Origin: Octopus sinensis
Taxonomy: Eukaryota
Direction: 5' to 3'
Assembly: GCF_006345805.1 (NCBI RefSeq)
Contig: NC_043009.1
Coordinates: 55,552,001 to 55,616,000 of the forward strand
DNA length: 64,000 nt
The notes beneath the pieces were generated by a model. The model was given only the letters and a program-made list of their open reading frames with translations. It had not been told where the DNA came from and searched no databases. The translations under genes and the position numbers were made by a program. Within the stretch, counting starts at the first letter, position 1. Every line of letters begins with the position of its first letter. Positions 39,559-52,230 of the stretch are shown one piece after another.

Positions 39559-40464
39559 TATATGTGTATACATATATAAGATAAATAGATAGATAGATAG
39601 CTATAAAACACAAATTCTTATACAAAATTGGAAAAATAGAAAATATAATTTATACAAAATCAGTAAAATTTTATGCAATTAATAAAAAGGAGACTTGCTT
39701 TACATATGAAAACAACCAAAAGATTTTACATAGATATTTTATGCTTAATGATTTGGTGTTTTGAAGTTATGCAATTAACCAAATTACATAATTGTCTTAT
39801 ATTAATCAGAATTGATTGCAGTATTAAGAATATGATCTTTTAGCAATACTGTGTTGCTGAGTACTGGGTCTTTGGATCTGCTTATGTGACATTCTTTAGT
39901 TCCAAAAATTTTTTAACACCAGTTATTGCTTATAAGGTATAAAAAAGTAATTTTCGTTTTATTTTACAGTCAGAATATCAAATTTTATGATCAAGAGAAC
40001 TGAATGATTTTCTCTCAATTATACGTAATTTAAATAATTAACAGATGACTGAAAATAAAGACAAAGTTTTTATCTAATTGCATTGTTCATAATTTTTAGT
40101 TGAAATTTTAAAATGTCAAGTTATCTTTTATTAATTATTCTTTAGAAAAAGATAAATGCATGACTAAAGAGCTAGAAAGATAATTAGTTTGGTTACACAG
40201 AACTATTTTAATGAAAATACATTAGCTAGAATAAGGAACAGAATTTAACAAGTTAAACCAAGAATTTAGGTTAATTGAATAATTAAATGAAGAGGGTGAT
40301 ACAGTTTAGGACAGGATGGAATGAGACCAATTCCCCACTCATCTATCATCTATAGCAGTCTCCAGAAAAATTAAATTGAGTTCAAACATTGATGTCATTT
40401 ATGTGCAATATTGTGAAAATTCACTAACCTATGTCAGCAAAGAAAAATAAAAGAATGTAAAATG

Positions 40465-40523
<59 letters not shown>

Positions 40524-40559
40524 GAGGGGGGTATGGATGAGTTAAATGAATATGAACTA

Positions 40560-40812
40560 AGGGAACTAACTCAGAGTGGCCAGTGGTATGGATTTGATTG
40601 AAACAGATAAATAGGCACCATTCAACGTTAATACTTGTTCCTCTAGAGGGAGAGAGGAGAAATGGAAAGACAAGAAAAGACGTCAACAAGAAACTATGAC
40701 ATTACAACCAAGCAGGCAAAGTCTTTACTACATTTGCAGCACCTGCCAGAGGGAGTGTTTGTCCAGGATAGGACTAAACAACCACAACAGGAGATGTATT
40801 AGGACATGAAAT
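40560..40812 (+). mobile_element. RTE-BovB-type LINE 3' fragment
   Basis: EKWKDKKRRQ...YICSTCQRECLSRIGLNNHNRRC* C-terminal zinc finger. Confidence 0.85.
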
Positions 40813-41025
40813 GTAAAAGCCGGACTAGATTATTTTATGTGCAACTCCATTGTCTCTCAAGACAAAAAGGATGCCAATATATATATGTATATATATTTAC
40901 ATAAATATACACATATATAAAAAAGTAAATATGTGAAGTATTATTACTGTTAAAAATAGTAATAATGGGGTGACTAGCAAGACTTATACCTAAAACAAGT
41001 ATAATAAAATATTTGGAAAGAAGTG

Positions 41026-41224
41026 TAAAATCAAAGTGAAAACTTAAAAAACCCACCAATTTTATATACACACACAAGCAATATAACGAATATTTTAAAA
41101 TATAGGCCTACCTTCAGGATGGAATATGAAGGCAGCTAATACATATTAGAATATTCCTTACATTGCTTGTGTGTGTATTTATCATAGAATTGGTGGTTTT
41201 TTGAAGATTTCACTTTGATTTTTA
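41026..41224. repeat. Imperfect ~200-bp fold-back (inverted repeat)
   Basis: aaaatcaaagtgaaa..aaaacccaccaatt..acacacaagcaat..gaatatt..ccttca / tgaagg..aatattc..attgcttgtgtgt..aattggtggtttttt..ttcactttgatttt. Confidence 0.85.
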
Positions 41225-41557
41225 GCAAGCGGTATGTTTGCCCATTTTTTCTTCAAATATTTTATACACATATATATGTATATATACATATTAGATGAGC
41301 ATGGCTGAGTGCAAATCTCAACAAAATGTAGAGACTCAAATGACGTGCTTGTCCATAAATGCCTAGTGTGCGCCCAGGCCCTATTATTTATTTATATGAA
41401 TTAATTAACTCATGTAAACTTATATTAACATGTTCCTTGTATTACAAGGATTCCAAATATATCTAATTTGTATTTTTTAAATTTTATTTTTAATTCATTA
41501 ATTAAAATAAAATTTTTTTTGCATTCTTGAGTCATCATTTTCTGACTTTCTTTCAGC

Positions 41558-42093
41558 TACTCAAACCTAATACGCTCTTTTCTGTTACGTGAGAGGTCTA
41601 TCGATTTTCACTGTTATTACTGTGGTCCGGCCCGCAGCAGGTCATAATTAATATTAATATAATAAAAACTAACACTGAAACCCTGACATTACCATAAATT
41701 TTTTTTGGAATGTCTTTTAAGCACAAATAAAAAATGTTTTAAATTTATAAAAAAAATAATTTATATTGGATTATTTTTACTTTTAATAGTTCTAAATGTA
41801 TTTTGTTCGAAATTATATTGTTTCTTTTAGAATTTGCATTTCAAATGATTTCATTTATAAAAGTTTTTATAGAATGGCAATGCTAATGGTAATGTTATTG
41901 TCAGAAGAATTAATGCTGAAATCACATATTTTAATACCAAAAAGCAAAATATTTTTGGCACCAATTTTAAATTAAAAGCTGGCATAATGCATACATCGAA
42001 TCGAGTCAATAGTGGTCATTATACTTGCATAGTTAAAAATAATGACAAATGGAACATAATTAGTGACACTCAATATTCTTGCCTCATTTTTTG
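41558..42093 (+). pseudogene. Decayed ubiquitin-specific protease (peptidase C19) reading frame
   Basis: One frame with internal stops: YSNLIRSFLLRERSIDFHCYYCG (CxxC), ...LLLIVLNVF..., then NFKLKAGIMHTSNRVNSGHYTCIVKNNDKWNIISD (USP His box). Confidence 0.7.
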
Positions 42094-43634
42094 AACATAT
42101 TTAATCAAATTAAAAAAGATTAAATGAATTAAAAGATATGAAATTGCATTTCGTTATCTAATAAACTAAATATTTGGTGACCTTTCTCCCATTAAATCCA
42201 ACCATCACCTCACTGCAGTATGTGGGTGTAAATCATATGACAACAGGCTAATGATGGTACGGGTATTTGCTTTTGCTTGGTGAAAATTTAATGCTTAAAA
42301 AAAATAATCTAAAAAAAGTAAGAAATTTTATGGGAAAAAAATTTCTTGAAAAACAAAAAAAGAATTGAACAAAATGCTCTTTTGAAAAAATAACCAATGA
42401 TAAACTTTAAAAAGAAAGAAACAAGCAGGTATTTAAAAAAAAAAATTGCTAATATTTCCTAAAAGTATTTCTTATAAAAATTTACTAAAACACATTTTGT
42501 TGCACCTTTTTTTAAAATTTAAAATCATTTATAATTTTAATCTTAAATACATACAAAACTAATGAATATTTTAAGGCAGAACAAAGATGGTAAGTGACTA
42601 CTGTTACAACAAAACAACAAAAACATTTGATCAAACAAAGATTAAGAATTGCAATAATGTATAGAAATTATCAAGCAAAAAAAAGATTTTTAATTGCAAA
42701 TTATTAACAGTGATAAAAATATTTATTATTTTTTAATTTCATTTATATAATAATTAATTCATTTAAATCTTTGTAACTATTTCAATATATTATTTCAATT
42801 TTGAAAGTTGCAGCACAATATTATTTTTATCAAAAAAATTAGATCAATTATAATTAAAATAATAATTTTTAAATATAATTAAAATTAGATAGTAGTAATA
42901 AAGTATCAGTAATAATATACACACAACATAAATTAATTGGGCAGACAGGTCTGAAATGTCTTAAATTTACCCAAAATGGGTGACTGTCCATTTTTAGTTC
43001 AATTTATATAATATATATAAAGTAAACTAAAAGTTAATAAAATAAAATAAGCTTGTATAATTTAATTGCATAAAATATAAATGTACAATTTGCTATTTTT
43101 TATGCATATATATGTAGATCAAATAAGTTTAAAAAGGAAGCAGCCCACTCAAAGGTGAACAGTGCAAGTTTTCATATAAACTCACTTCACTCTTCTGCTC
43201 CTTATTTCAAAATATACATTTATAATCACAAAAAATATACATTTACAAGCACAATCCTTACAAAAAAAAAAAAAAGTAAGCAGTAGAATTTGCTTAATTA
43301 AAAATAAATAAAAATAGTAAAAATAATTATTCAAAGTAATAATAAATAATGACTTAGCTGACCTTTATACTGTATATCTATTCCACAAACTTTTTTCATT
43401 ATATTCATTGTGATTTAATATTAGCGATTGACTATTGGCAACAACCTCAATCTACTGGCAATTTCTTGACCAAATTCAGTCTCTTTAATTTTAAGGAGTA
43501 TAGTAGTGTGTAGCATAGTATGTAGATACATTGTAAACTAAAAGTGACAAATTTTTAAAAAGTGCAACAAAATGCATTTTAGTAAATTTTTCTAAGAAAT
43601 ACTTTTAAGAAATATTAGTAATTTTTTTAAAGAA

Positions 43635-43702
43635 TATATGTATTTACATACATATATATATATACACACATATATATACATACTTATGCATATATATATG
43701 TA

Positions 43703-43754
<52 letters not shown>

Positions 43755-44390
43755 CACCCACACGTATACACACACACTGCACTAACAATACAAACAAAAC
43801 AAATCACTCACAAATACAGCACACACACACACACACGCGTGCATCCTCACACCCGAAAAACTACATAAACCATACCCACATATGTACAAACACACAAACA
43901 CATACTCAGTACCAACATGCACAGAACGTACACACATACACACCACCCAGATAAACCCAACACACACGGACTCACAGAACCCCTGATAAATACAACACAC
44001 TCACACACACATACACACCCACACACACACCACCATCACCAAGAGAATTATAAAAACACAAACAGACAGACAGACACACTCACGTACATACACATTCACA
44101 TACACACACATCATCCCCACCAACACAAAACACAAACATACACACGCACACACTTATGCATGTATACATGTATGTATATACGTATATGTATGTATGTATA
44201 CAGGTATATGTATATATACGGGTATACACGTATACATATATACACACATATACATATATATATACATACACATACATATATACACACGTATACACACACA
44301 CATATATATATATACACATATACATATATATACACACACGTATACACACACACATAGATATATATATAGATAGGTTTAAGAGACTGAATC
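43635..44390. repeat. Compound (TA)n/(CA)n/(CATA)n low-complexity tract
   Basis: Directly visible. Confidence 0.95.
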
Positions 44391-45224
44391 ACCCTCAAGC
44401 AACTCAATCATCATTGAACGATATTATCCATGATAGGTACATATAGGACTAACTATAAAAAAAATTATCAAAATTAATACCTTCAATTCTTATTCTAAAT
44501 CATATACATTACATTATATAGACTACGCGTGTTTCATGACAACATATTCATCAATATTGCTGAAATAGAAGGTCTCAAAATACCATATTAAAAGGATTAT
44601 TTTGCCAATCTTCATCTACATAGGTATATATACATATTTATACACATATACACACACATACTCACAGTTTTGAACTGCTAAACATTATTATTGCACTTCC
44701 TTAATTTGAATTTTAAACCTTTATACATTTCTATACATACATTTTTTGAATGCCCATTACTTCGATAATGCTGCATTTTTACAGTTACACTTTTCCATGA
44801 CAGTAGATAAATTTTTTATTCCACAACATATTTGTAGTGGTTTCATGCAGGCATAGAGTGGATTCAATCCTCAATTGCCAACGCTCTTCCACAGAAAGGA
44901 ATATAGAAAGAAACAGGGAGAGAAAATAAAGAATATGTAGTGGCTAGCGATCTATCATGGTGAATATAGTTGTGAGTTTTTTTGATAATATAATAGGTTA
45001 GATAAGATGATGTCTATAATACAATAATCAATAATATGTTTTGCATGAATAGTAATATTACAATCATGAATTTAGCATTAGTTTATCTTATTCTTTCTTG
45101 CAGAATCTTAGGGTTCTGGGGAATCCAGGTTGAGAAACGCTGCTCTAGAGGATTTATCAAAATTACGCGAAGACCTCTGCTTACGAAGACCTGTTGGGGC
45201 AAGTGAAATCGAAATTGAATCAAA

Positions 45225-45696
45225 TTCGGTGACTGGCGCCTGTGCCAGTGGAGCGCTAACAGCTCCATCCAAGCAGGATCACTGCCAGAGCAGTTGTCTG
45301 GCTTCTGTGCCGGTGGGCACATAAAAAGCACCATTTGAGTGTGATCATTACCAGCGTCGCCTTACTGGCACTTGTGCCGGTGGCACGTGAACAAAACATT
45401 TGAGCGAGTTCATTGCCAGTGCCACTGGCCTGACTTCTGTGCAGGTGGCACATAAAAAGCACGATTTACGAGTGTGGCCGTTGCCAGTACCGCCTGACTG
45501 GCTCTCGTGCCGGTGGCACGTAAAAGCACCCACTACACTCTCGGAGTGGTTGGCGTTAGGAAGGGCATCCAGCTGTAGAAACTCTGCCAGATCAGATTGG
45601 AGCCTGGTGCAGCCATCTGCTTCACCAGTCCTCAGTCAAATCATCCAACCCATGCTAGCATGGAAAGCGGATGTTAAACGATGACGATGATGATGA
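45225..45696 (+). mobile_element. SINE family E, long copy with several internal tandem units
   Basis: Repeated gtgccggtggcac(g/a)taaaaagcacc units plus the conserved 3' end. Confidence 0.87.
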
Positions 45697-46639
45697 AAGG
45701 CAATTCAGACTAGCCCCTTATGAGAAGGAGAAACAGAATCAAGTATCGTCCAAAATTAACATGTCATTAAGAAAATGAATAGGCTAATTGTCTGGAGATA
45801 AGGGAGCAGTCATAGTCATTACCAGTTAGAGAAGGGGGTGGAGGAGGATGAAGAGAAAAACAAATGTAGAGGTATTTATTGTAAATCTTTATTGCTGTAC
45901 ATTTTAAACAGGTGTTTGAGAAGTAGGGTGTGTCAAAAATACCCTTCAGACTATCAGTGATTGAAGCAGCTGAAAGAAGATCAACTTTCATGATTTATAT
46001 TTGTTGTGTTCATTTCCTGCTTTTAACTATTCTGCTAATTTGTAAAATGTTTTACACAAACTGTAGAAAAATATCAACTAAATATTCCAACTGCCTAAAG
46101 AAAAGGAAAACTACAGCGGGATAATGTAGGATTAGATGTAGTGTAGCAGATAAGACATGATGTATTCGATGTATGAAATAAATTTGATCATATTTCTGCT
46201 ATGATCAGAATAGATGTGAGGCTACACAAAAAAAACCAAAAAAACTCAGAAATTCTATTATTCTGCTTAGTTCTACATTAGATGAATGAAATTGATAAAT
46301 TAGTTGAATTGTAGTTTCTTTTTTGTAATCTTTTCCAACATCAATATAGAAATACTAAACCATTTAAATGAATGAACAAAGCAAGCTACTATACAGTCAC
46401 ACTTTTAGAAATAGCAATCAAATCTTGCTCAGATCTCATACAAATGTATTATTTAGTCACACTAGATAATATACTTCCTGGTCATAGAAGTGCTAGGTCA
46501 GGACTGATCTGGGTTTAAAAAGAAATAACAAATATAAAGTCTATGTTCAAAAACCATCACCATATTTGCTATTTGTCACTATTTTAACACCTATTTTTTT
46601 GTCTTTGTTTTTACATCAGATTTAGTTAATTAGAGCTGT

Positions 46640-47030
46640 AATGTTAGAAAATACTTAAGTCTTGGGTCAGCTACTGACCCTCTTCTGCAAAGATCGAGTA
46701 AGGCACTCAATAGAATACTGTTCCCGCATCTGGGATAGTGTTGCTGATGCTTAAATGTATGATAAATACTCACACACTAAAGCAATAAGCACATGGACAT
46801 ACTGTCCCCTCAACCTGCTTTTTCTACCCCAACTATGATGGTTTCTGCTCTTCAGAGCTATTCTTGCTTATCACTTCCACCAATGTTCACTTATGGCTCC
46901 TCTTCTCATCCCCTATTCTGTGTCACCCTCCCAATACTTTACTAACCATTTCTACCTATCCTTCCACCCAGGATATAATCTCTCTGGAATTCCTTTCTCA
47001 TCCATATTGCTCTCCCAGATATCGGTTTCA
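46640..47030 (+). mobile_element. Decayed CR1/L2-like LINE C-terminal fragment
   Basis: FCKDRVRHSIEYCSRIWD and a later WNSF motif. Confidence 0.55.
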
Positions 47031-47436
47031 AATTTTGGCACAAGGCCAGCAATTTTTGGGGAGTGAATAAGTCGATTGCATTAATACCAGTAGTCAACTG
47101 GTACTTGTTTTATTGACCTCAAAAGGATGAAGTAATCCATGACAGAATTTGAACTCAGAATATAAAGACAGACAAAAGCATATTGCCTGGCCTGGCGTAC
47201 TAACAATTCTACCAGCTCACTGCTTTATTTCCCCCACAGGTATTTACCAGCATTGTAACCTGTACATCAATCACATTAATTTCCCCACCTTTTCCTCTAA
47301 TCTAATGGCTTTTTATTCTTAAGGAAGAGGCTGTACCTATTTCTTTGGGTGTCTGATTCAGTGTCATTTCATCTGCAAATTTGAATGCTTTCATGACTCA
47401 CCTAAAAGTTTCCTCTTGATGATGATGATGATGATA

Positions 47437-47467
<31 letters not shown>

Positions 47468-47696
47468 TAATGATAATAATAATGATAATAATTTAACCTT
47501 ATTCCTATCAAAAAAAAAATGAATGAACTAGTGAGTTTAGTTTAATGGCCTACCAATGTATACAATGAGTTTCCTTGCCCTAGAAGTCGGGAAGACACTC
47601 AGCAAGAAATAGAAGCAAATTTGAAAGAAGAAAAACCCATAAATAATAATGATAATAATAATAATAACAATAATAATAATATATGACCAAATGTAA

Positions 47697-48210
47697 TACC
47701 AGGCAGTGACTCTCATGGTTTTTGATCTTAACTGATTGGAAGTATTATCATGTACATTGTTTTGTCTTGGTATAAAAGATGGGTTACAGCAAATATTCTG
47801 CTCAATACCACAGATTTGTTTGTCAGTTGTTTGACTATAACCAGTTGAGCATATCCCTTGGTGGCTGACGATATGTGCATCTCTGATCATGAGCAGAAGT
47901 AGTGGGGGAGCATCACAGCCATGTGTTGAGAGGGATTCTTTGGGGTTTGAATAATTCATCTCTGAAAAGATGGGTGTTTCATTCAATATCCTTGAACAAT
48001 CCTTATTCAAAGACCTTTTGAGTGGGAGGGGCTACTTGACCTGAAGAAAATTTAAACTGGGCCCCACCTGCAAGGCCATGAACTGTTTATTTTGATATGA
48101 AATCCCTATGTCATGCACATATGATTGTGATGCATGTGCCTAGTGCACCCTTATCAGACAGGTAGTCATGATGGGTATACTGGGCTTCGTATATTTTACT
48201 CCAGTATCGC
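47697..48210 (+). mobile_element. Family D element, second copy, next to (AAT)n
   Basis: Colinear with 9174-9731. Confidence 0.85.
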
Positions 48211-48229
48211 TGATAATAATAACACTTTC

Positions 48230-49040
48230 AAGTTTTGGCAAAAGGCCAGCAACTGGTACTTACTTTATCAACCTCAAACAGATGAAAGGCAAAGTCAATT
48301 TTAGCAGAATTTGAACTCAGAACATATCAACAGAAGAAATGGTGTTAAGCCTTTTGCCTGGCATTCTAACAAGTCTGCCAGCTTGTTGCCTTGATAATAA
48401 TAATGGTTTCTATTTTTTTCATAAGAACAGCGATTTGGGGGGAGGGAGTAAGTTGATTACATTGACCCCAGTAATCAACTGGTACTTGTTTTATTGACCC
48501 CAAAAGGATGAAAGCAAAATTGACCAAGGCAGAATTTGAACTCAGAACGTTATGACGTATGAAATGCCACTAAGCATTTTGCCCGGCATGCTAACAATTC
48601 CACCAGCTTTCTGCTTTAATAATAATTATAATAATAATCCTTTCTACTATAGGCACAAGGCCTGGATTTTGTGGGGAGGGAGATAATCGATTACATTGAC
48701 CCCCAGTACTCAACTAGTACTTAATTTATTAACCCTAAAAGGTTGAAAGGCAAAGTCAACTTCGGCGGAATTTGAACTTAGAATGTAGCAACAGACGAAA
48801 TACCTATTTCTTTACTACCCACAAGGGGCTAAACACAGAGAGAACAAACAAGGATAGACAAACGGATTAAGTCGATTACATCGACCCCAGTGCGTAACTG
48901 GTACTTAATTTATCGACTCTGAAAGGATGAAGGGTAAAGTCGACCTTGGTGAAATTTGAACTCAGAACGTAACAGCAGATGAAATACTGCTAAGCATTTC
49001 GTCCGGCATGCTAACGTTTCTGCCAGTTCACCGCCTTAAT
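48230..49040 (-). mobile_element. Cluster of about four SINE family B copies
   Basis: Repeated aaggatgaaaggcaaagtcgac..ggaatttgaactcagaa units separated by (AAT)n. Confidence 0.82.
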
Positions 49041-50014
49041 AATTATAATAATAGGTTATTGTATATAGTGCTCAGGTGTACTGCAACTCATTAGAAAGAA
49101 GTAAAAGTGGTGACAAAAAGTGGCAATAAGTCAAGTAAAGGAAGACAACAATGAAAGCCAAACGTACATGTACAATACACAGAATAAAACAGAGAAAAGT
49201 GAATTAAAAGATGATGAAGAGGAAAGGGTGTTGAAGCACATCAAGAATAGTGTTGGTGAATTGCAGGAAGCATGGAATTTTTGAAGAATACAGTGTCCTG
49301 ACAGCTACCAACCAACATGGGTTATTTATCCCATACTTCAACACTTTGAGCAGGAAAAATTATTTCTGAAGGTTATGGGTTCTGCATTGTTTTCTGATTT
49401 TATAAACACATCAATGGGCATTGGGAGAGATATTGAATTCAAAAAGGTGGCTATAGTTATTGGAAGGGTAGTGGACAATCTTGTGAACTTCTACCTATTC
49501 AGCTGCTTGATGTCTTCCTTTGACCAATATCTACCACAGATACCTTCCCCTATTAACTTTACACATAGAAATAAACACCTCTAAATTATTAGTAATTGTA
49601 TAAGACTAAACATATACTTTATTTAGCTGCAGTAAAATGTTCAAGGCTTAGATCTTATAGTTATTATTTGCAGTGACCAAGTATTTATCTTTTCCCCCTC
49701 TCCTATTACAATAGATATATTACTGATGATGATGATGATGACAATGAAAGCAATAGTAATGAAGGCTTTCACTTAGTAAGTAAATATGAAAGCATTAATT
49801 AAAAACTGTGGTTTTGAAAAGCAGCCAAATGTTATCATTTTCAACAACCACAACAAATACAAATTAAAGACACTAACATTACAAAACTATATGGCAATAA
49901 GCTAAAAAAAACAATGAATTAATGAAGTACATAATTTCATGCAAAACATTACACCAAAACATTCTGTCACACCCACAATCTGGACCAATGGATAATTTAA
50001 AAAAATCTCTGGCC

Positions 50015-50240
50015 TGGCAGTGCTATTAGGGGACATTGCCTGTTCAAGATAAACTTTACAGGCATGGAAGTGCCGTCAGCTGTGCATGTCCGAGATGTGC
50101 ACAGGACAATGAGATGGTCCTGCATGCTCTCATCTAGTGCCAGAGCATTGCTGATCTGGGAGTTTATGTCGGACACCTGCTGTCCAATGTGAGACGGATC
50201 TGGCTGTCAACTGAATCCATCATGAAGATTGTCCCTTTAA
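50015..50240 (+). mobile_element. L1/Tx1-type LINE zinc-knuckle fragment
   Basis: GTLPVQDKLYRHG..CACPRCAQDNEMVLHALI*C (CCHC). Confidence 0.75.
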
Positions 50241-50322
50241 CTGAAAACGATATATATATATATATATATAACCATGCCTCAGTCTATTACATATATGTTA
50301 CATTTGTTAATTAAATCCTTAA

Positions 50323-50527
50323 CCCTTTAGCATTTAAACCAGCCATATTCAGCCAAAATATTCTACCTGTTTTATGCTGAAACTGGTCATATCCAGTCTC
50401 TTACACCAGCCCTACAATATCATTCTAAAAATTAAATCTCAAAGCTATGGAGATAATACACGATTAATCCAAAACAATGTGAATAAATAAGCATAACATT
50501 TGACAGAGTAATCTGAATGTTAAAGGG
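50323..50527. mobile_element. piggyBac-type MITE, complete, TTAA TSD
   Basis: TTAA|ccctttagcatt ... aatgttaaaggg|TTAA. Partial copies at about 34160-34335 and 27515-27558. Confidence 0.9.
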
Positions 50528-50827
50528 TTAAACATATAGTATTGATTTTTTAAAAAGGATCTTCAATGTTTGTTTATCTTATTATCTTTAACACACAGAT
50601 TTGAGTAAACAGTGATTGAGACCCTACAGATATGAAACACATCAATATGAACAGACAACAAAGACTCTAGGAATTGAAGTTTTAGGAATTACATACAGCA
50701 AGAAGACAGAGATGACAAAACAAGGAATAAATACAAATACTGACAATTCCCTGCAACATGTTTCACAACAGGGAAACATTAAATGGTAGATCTAACTTCA
50801 GAGAAGTAACATTTAAGAAACAAACAA

Positions 50828-50864
<37 letters not shown>

Positions 50865-51744
50865 ATAAACATTTACATCATACACAAATAAGTATGATTG
50901 TGCAGTTAAAAATTTCCTCTACAACTAACATGGTTTCACCCTGCTGTGTGACACCTTAAGCAAGTGTCCTTTATTATAGTCTTACACTGATTAAAATTTT
51001 GCAAATGAAATTATAGAGAGGCAGAAACTATGCTGTAACTAATCAGATGCATGTATGTGTGTCCTGCATTGGTTAGTCCCCACCACTCCCGCCAAGAAAA
51101 AATTGCGGAAGATTAATTTTTAGTCTTCAGCACTACCTTAGTTACTTCCCCTTATAACTGTGCAGTCTTTTATTCTCAGAGGTTAATATAATAAGACCCA
51201 GTCATTCACTTTTCCATGCCAGCATGAGTCAGAAGGAATTTGTTGAAATGGATTTTCTGTGGTTAAATGCCCTTATGTTGCCAACCCTTACCTGTTTTCC
51301 AAGCAATGTAGTATTTTCCCTTATCTAGACTGGTTGTATCATTTTCCAAACCATCACATAAGGGCTTGACAAGTGTGCAGACACACATGCATGCATGTAC
51401 ATATGAACTTCTTTCAGTTTCTATCTACCAAATCTGCTCACAAAACTTTGGTTGGCCGAAGGTTTCAGTAGAAGACCCTTGCTCAAGATACTGCACAATG
51501 GGACTGAACCCAAGATCTCATGGTTGGGAAGTAACCACAAAACCATATCTGTATGTATGTATGTATGTATGTATGTATGCATGCATGCATGTGTGTGTGT
51601 ATATGTGTGTGTATGTATGTTTTTCTTTGAGTTTTATCCAAGCTCTTAGAGTTCAAGCTGGTTGCTAACAAAGTGACAAGACATTTTGAGTTAAGAGAGT
51701 TCCCTGTGTTTGTAGACATGTGGTTGAGTTGGTGTGTTGGTTGA

Positions 51745-51915
51745 GCTGTTGGAAAATCATTGTCATGTCTTATAAATCTTCACTGTGCAACAAAAAGATT
51801 GGATTTGGAGAATCTGTGTAAATTTCTTTTGCTCTTTCTTTGAAAAAATTAGTGTTTCCAGTTTTTTGTGTAAATTTGTTGGTATATAGCCTAATGCACC
51901 TATGATGATAAGTAC
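51745..51915 (-). mobile_element. RLE-type LINE C-terminal fragment
   Basis: VLIIIGALGYIPTNLHKKLETL...Q...TVKIYKT*. Confidence 0.65.
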
Positions 51916-52153
51916 AAATAAAAATTTATAGTGTGTGCATGTGAGAATGAACTGGGTGTTCTCACACCTTTTTTACCATAAGACAGATATATTCTCCATG
52001 GTAACTACAGTGTATTTACCTTTTAGCTGTTGAAATGTGTCACAAACATATTTCAACTAACCTAAATTCTGCTTATGTCTAAACATTGCTTAACACTAAC
52101 ATTTCATTATATATATATACATATATATACTGATAAAGGGTGTTTTTTTCCTA

Positions 52154-52230
<77 letters not shown>

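Noticed and set aside
41640-41880. Alternative genetic code (TAA=Gln) or contaminant origin for the USP frame
   Set aside because: TGA stops also interrupt the frame and the block is flanked by the host's own repeats, so ordinary decay is simpler.
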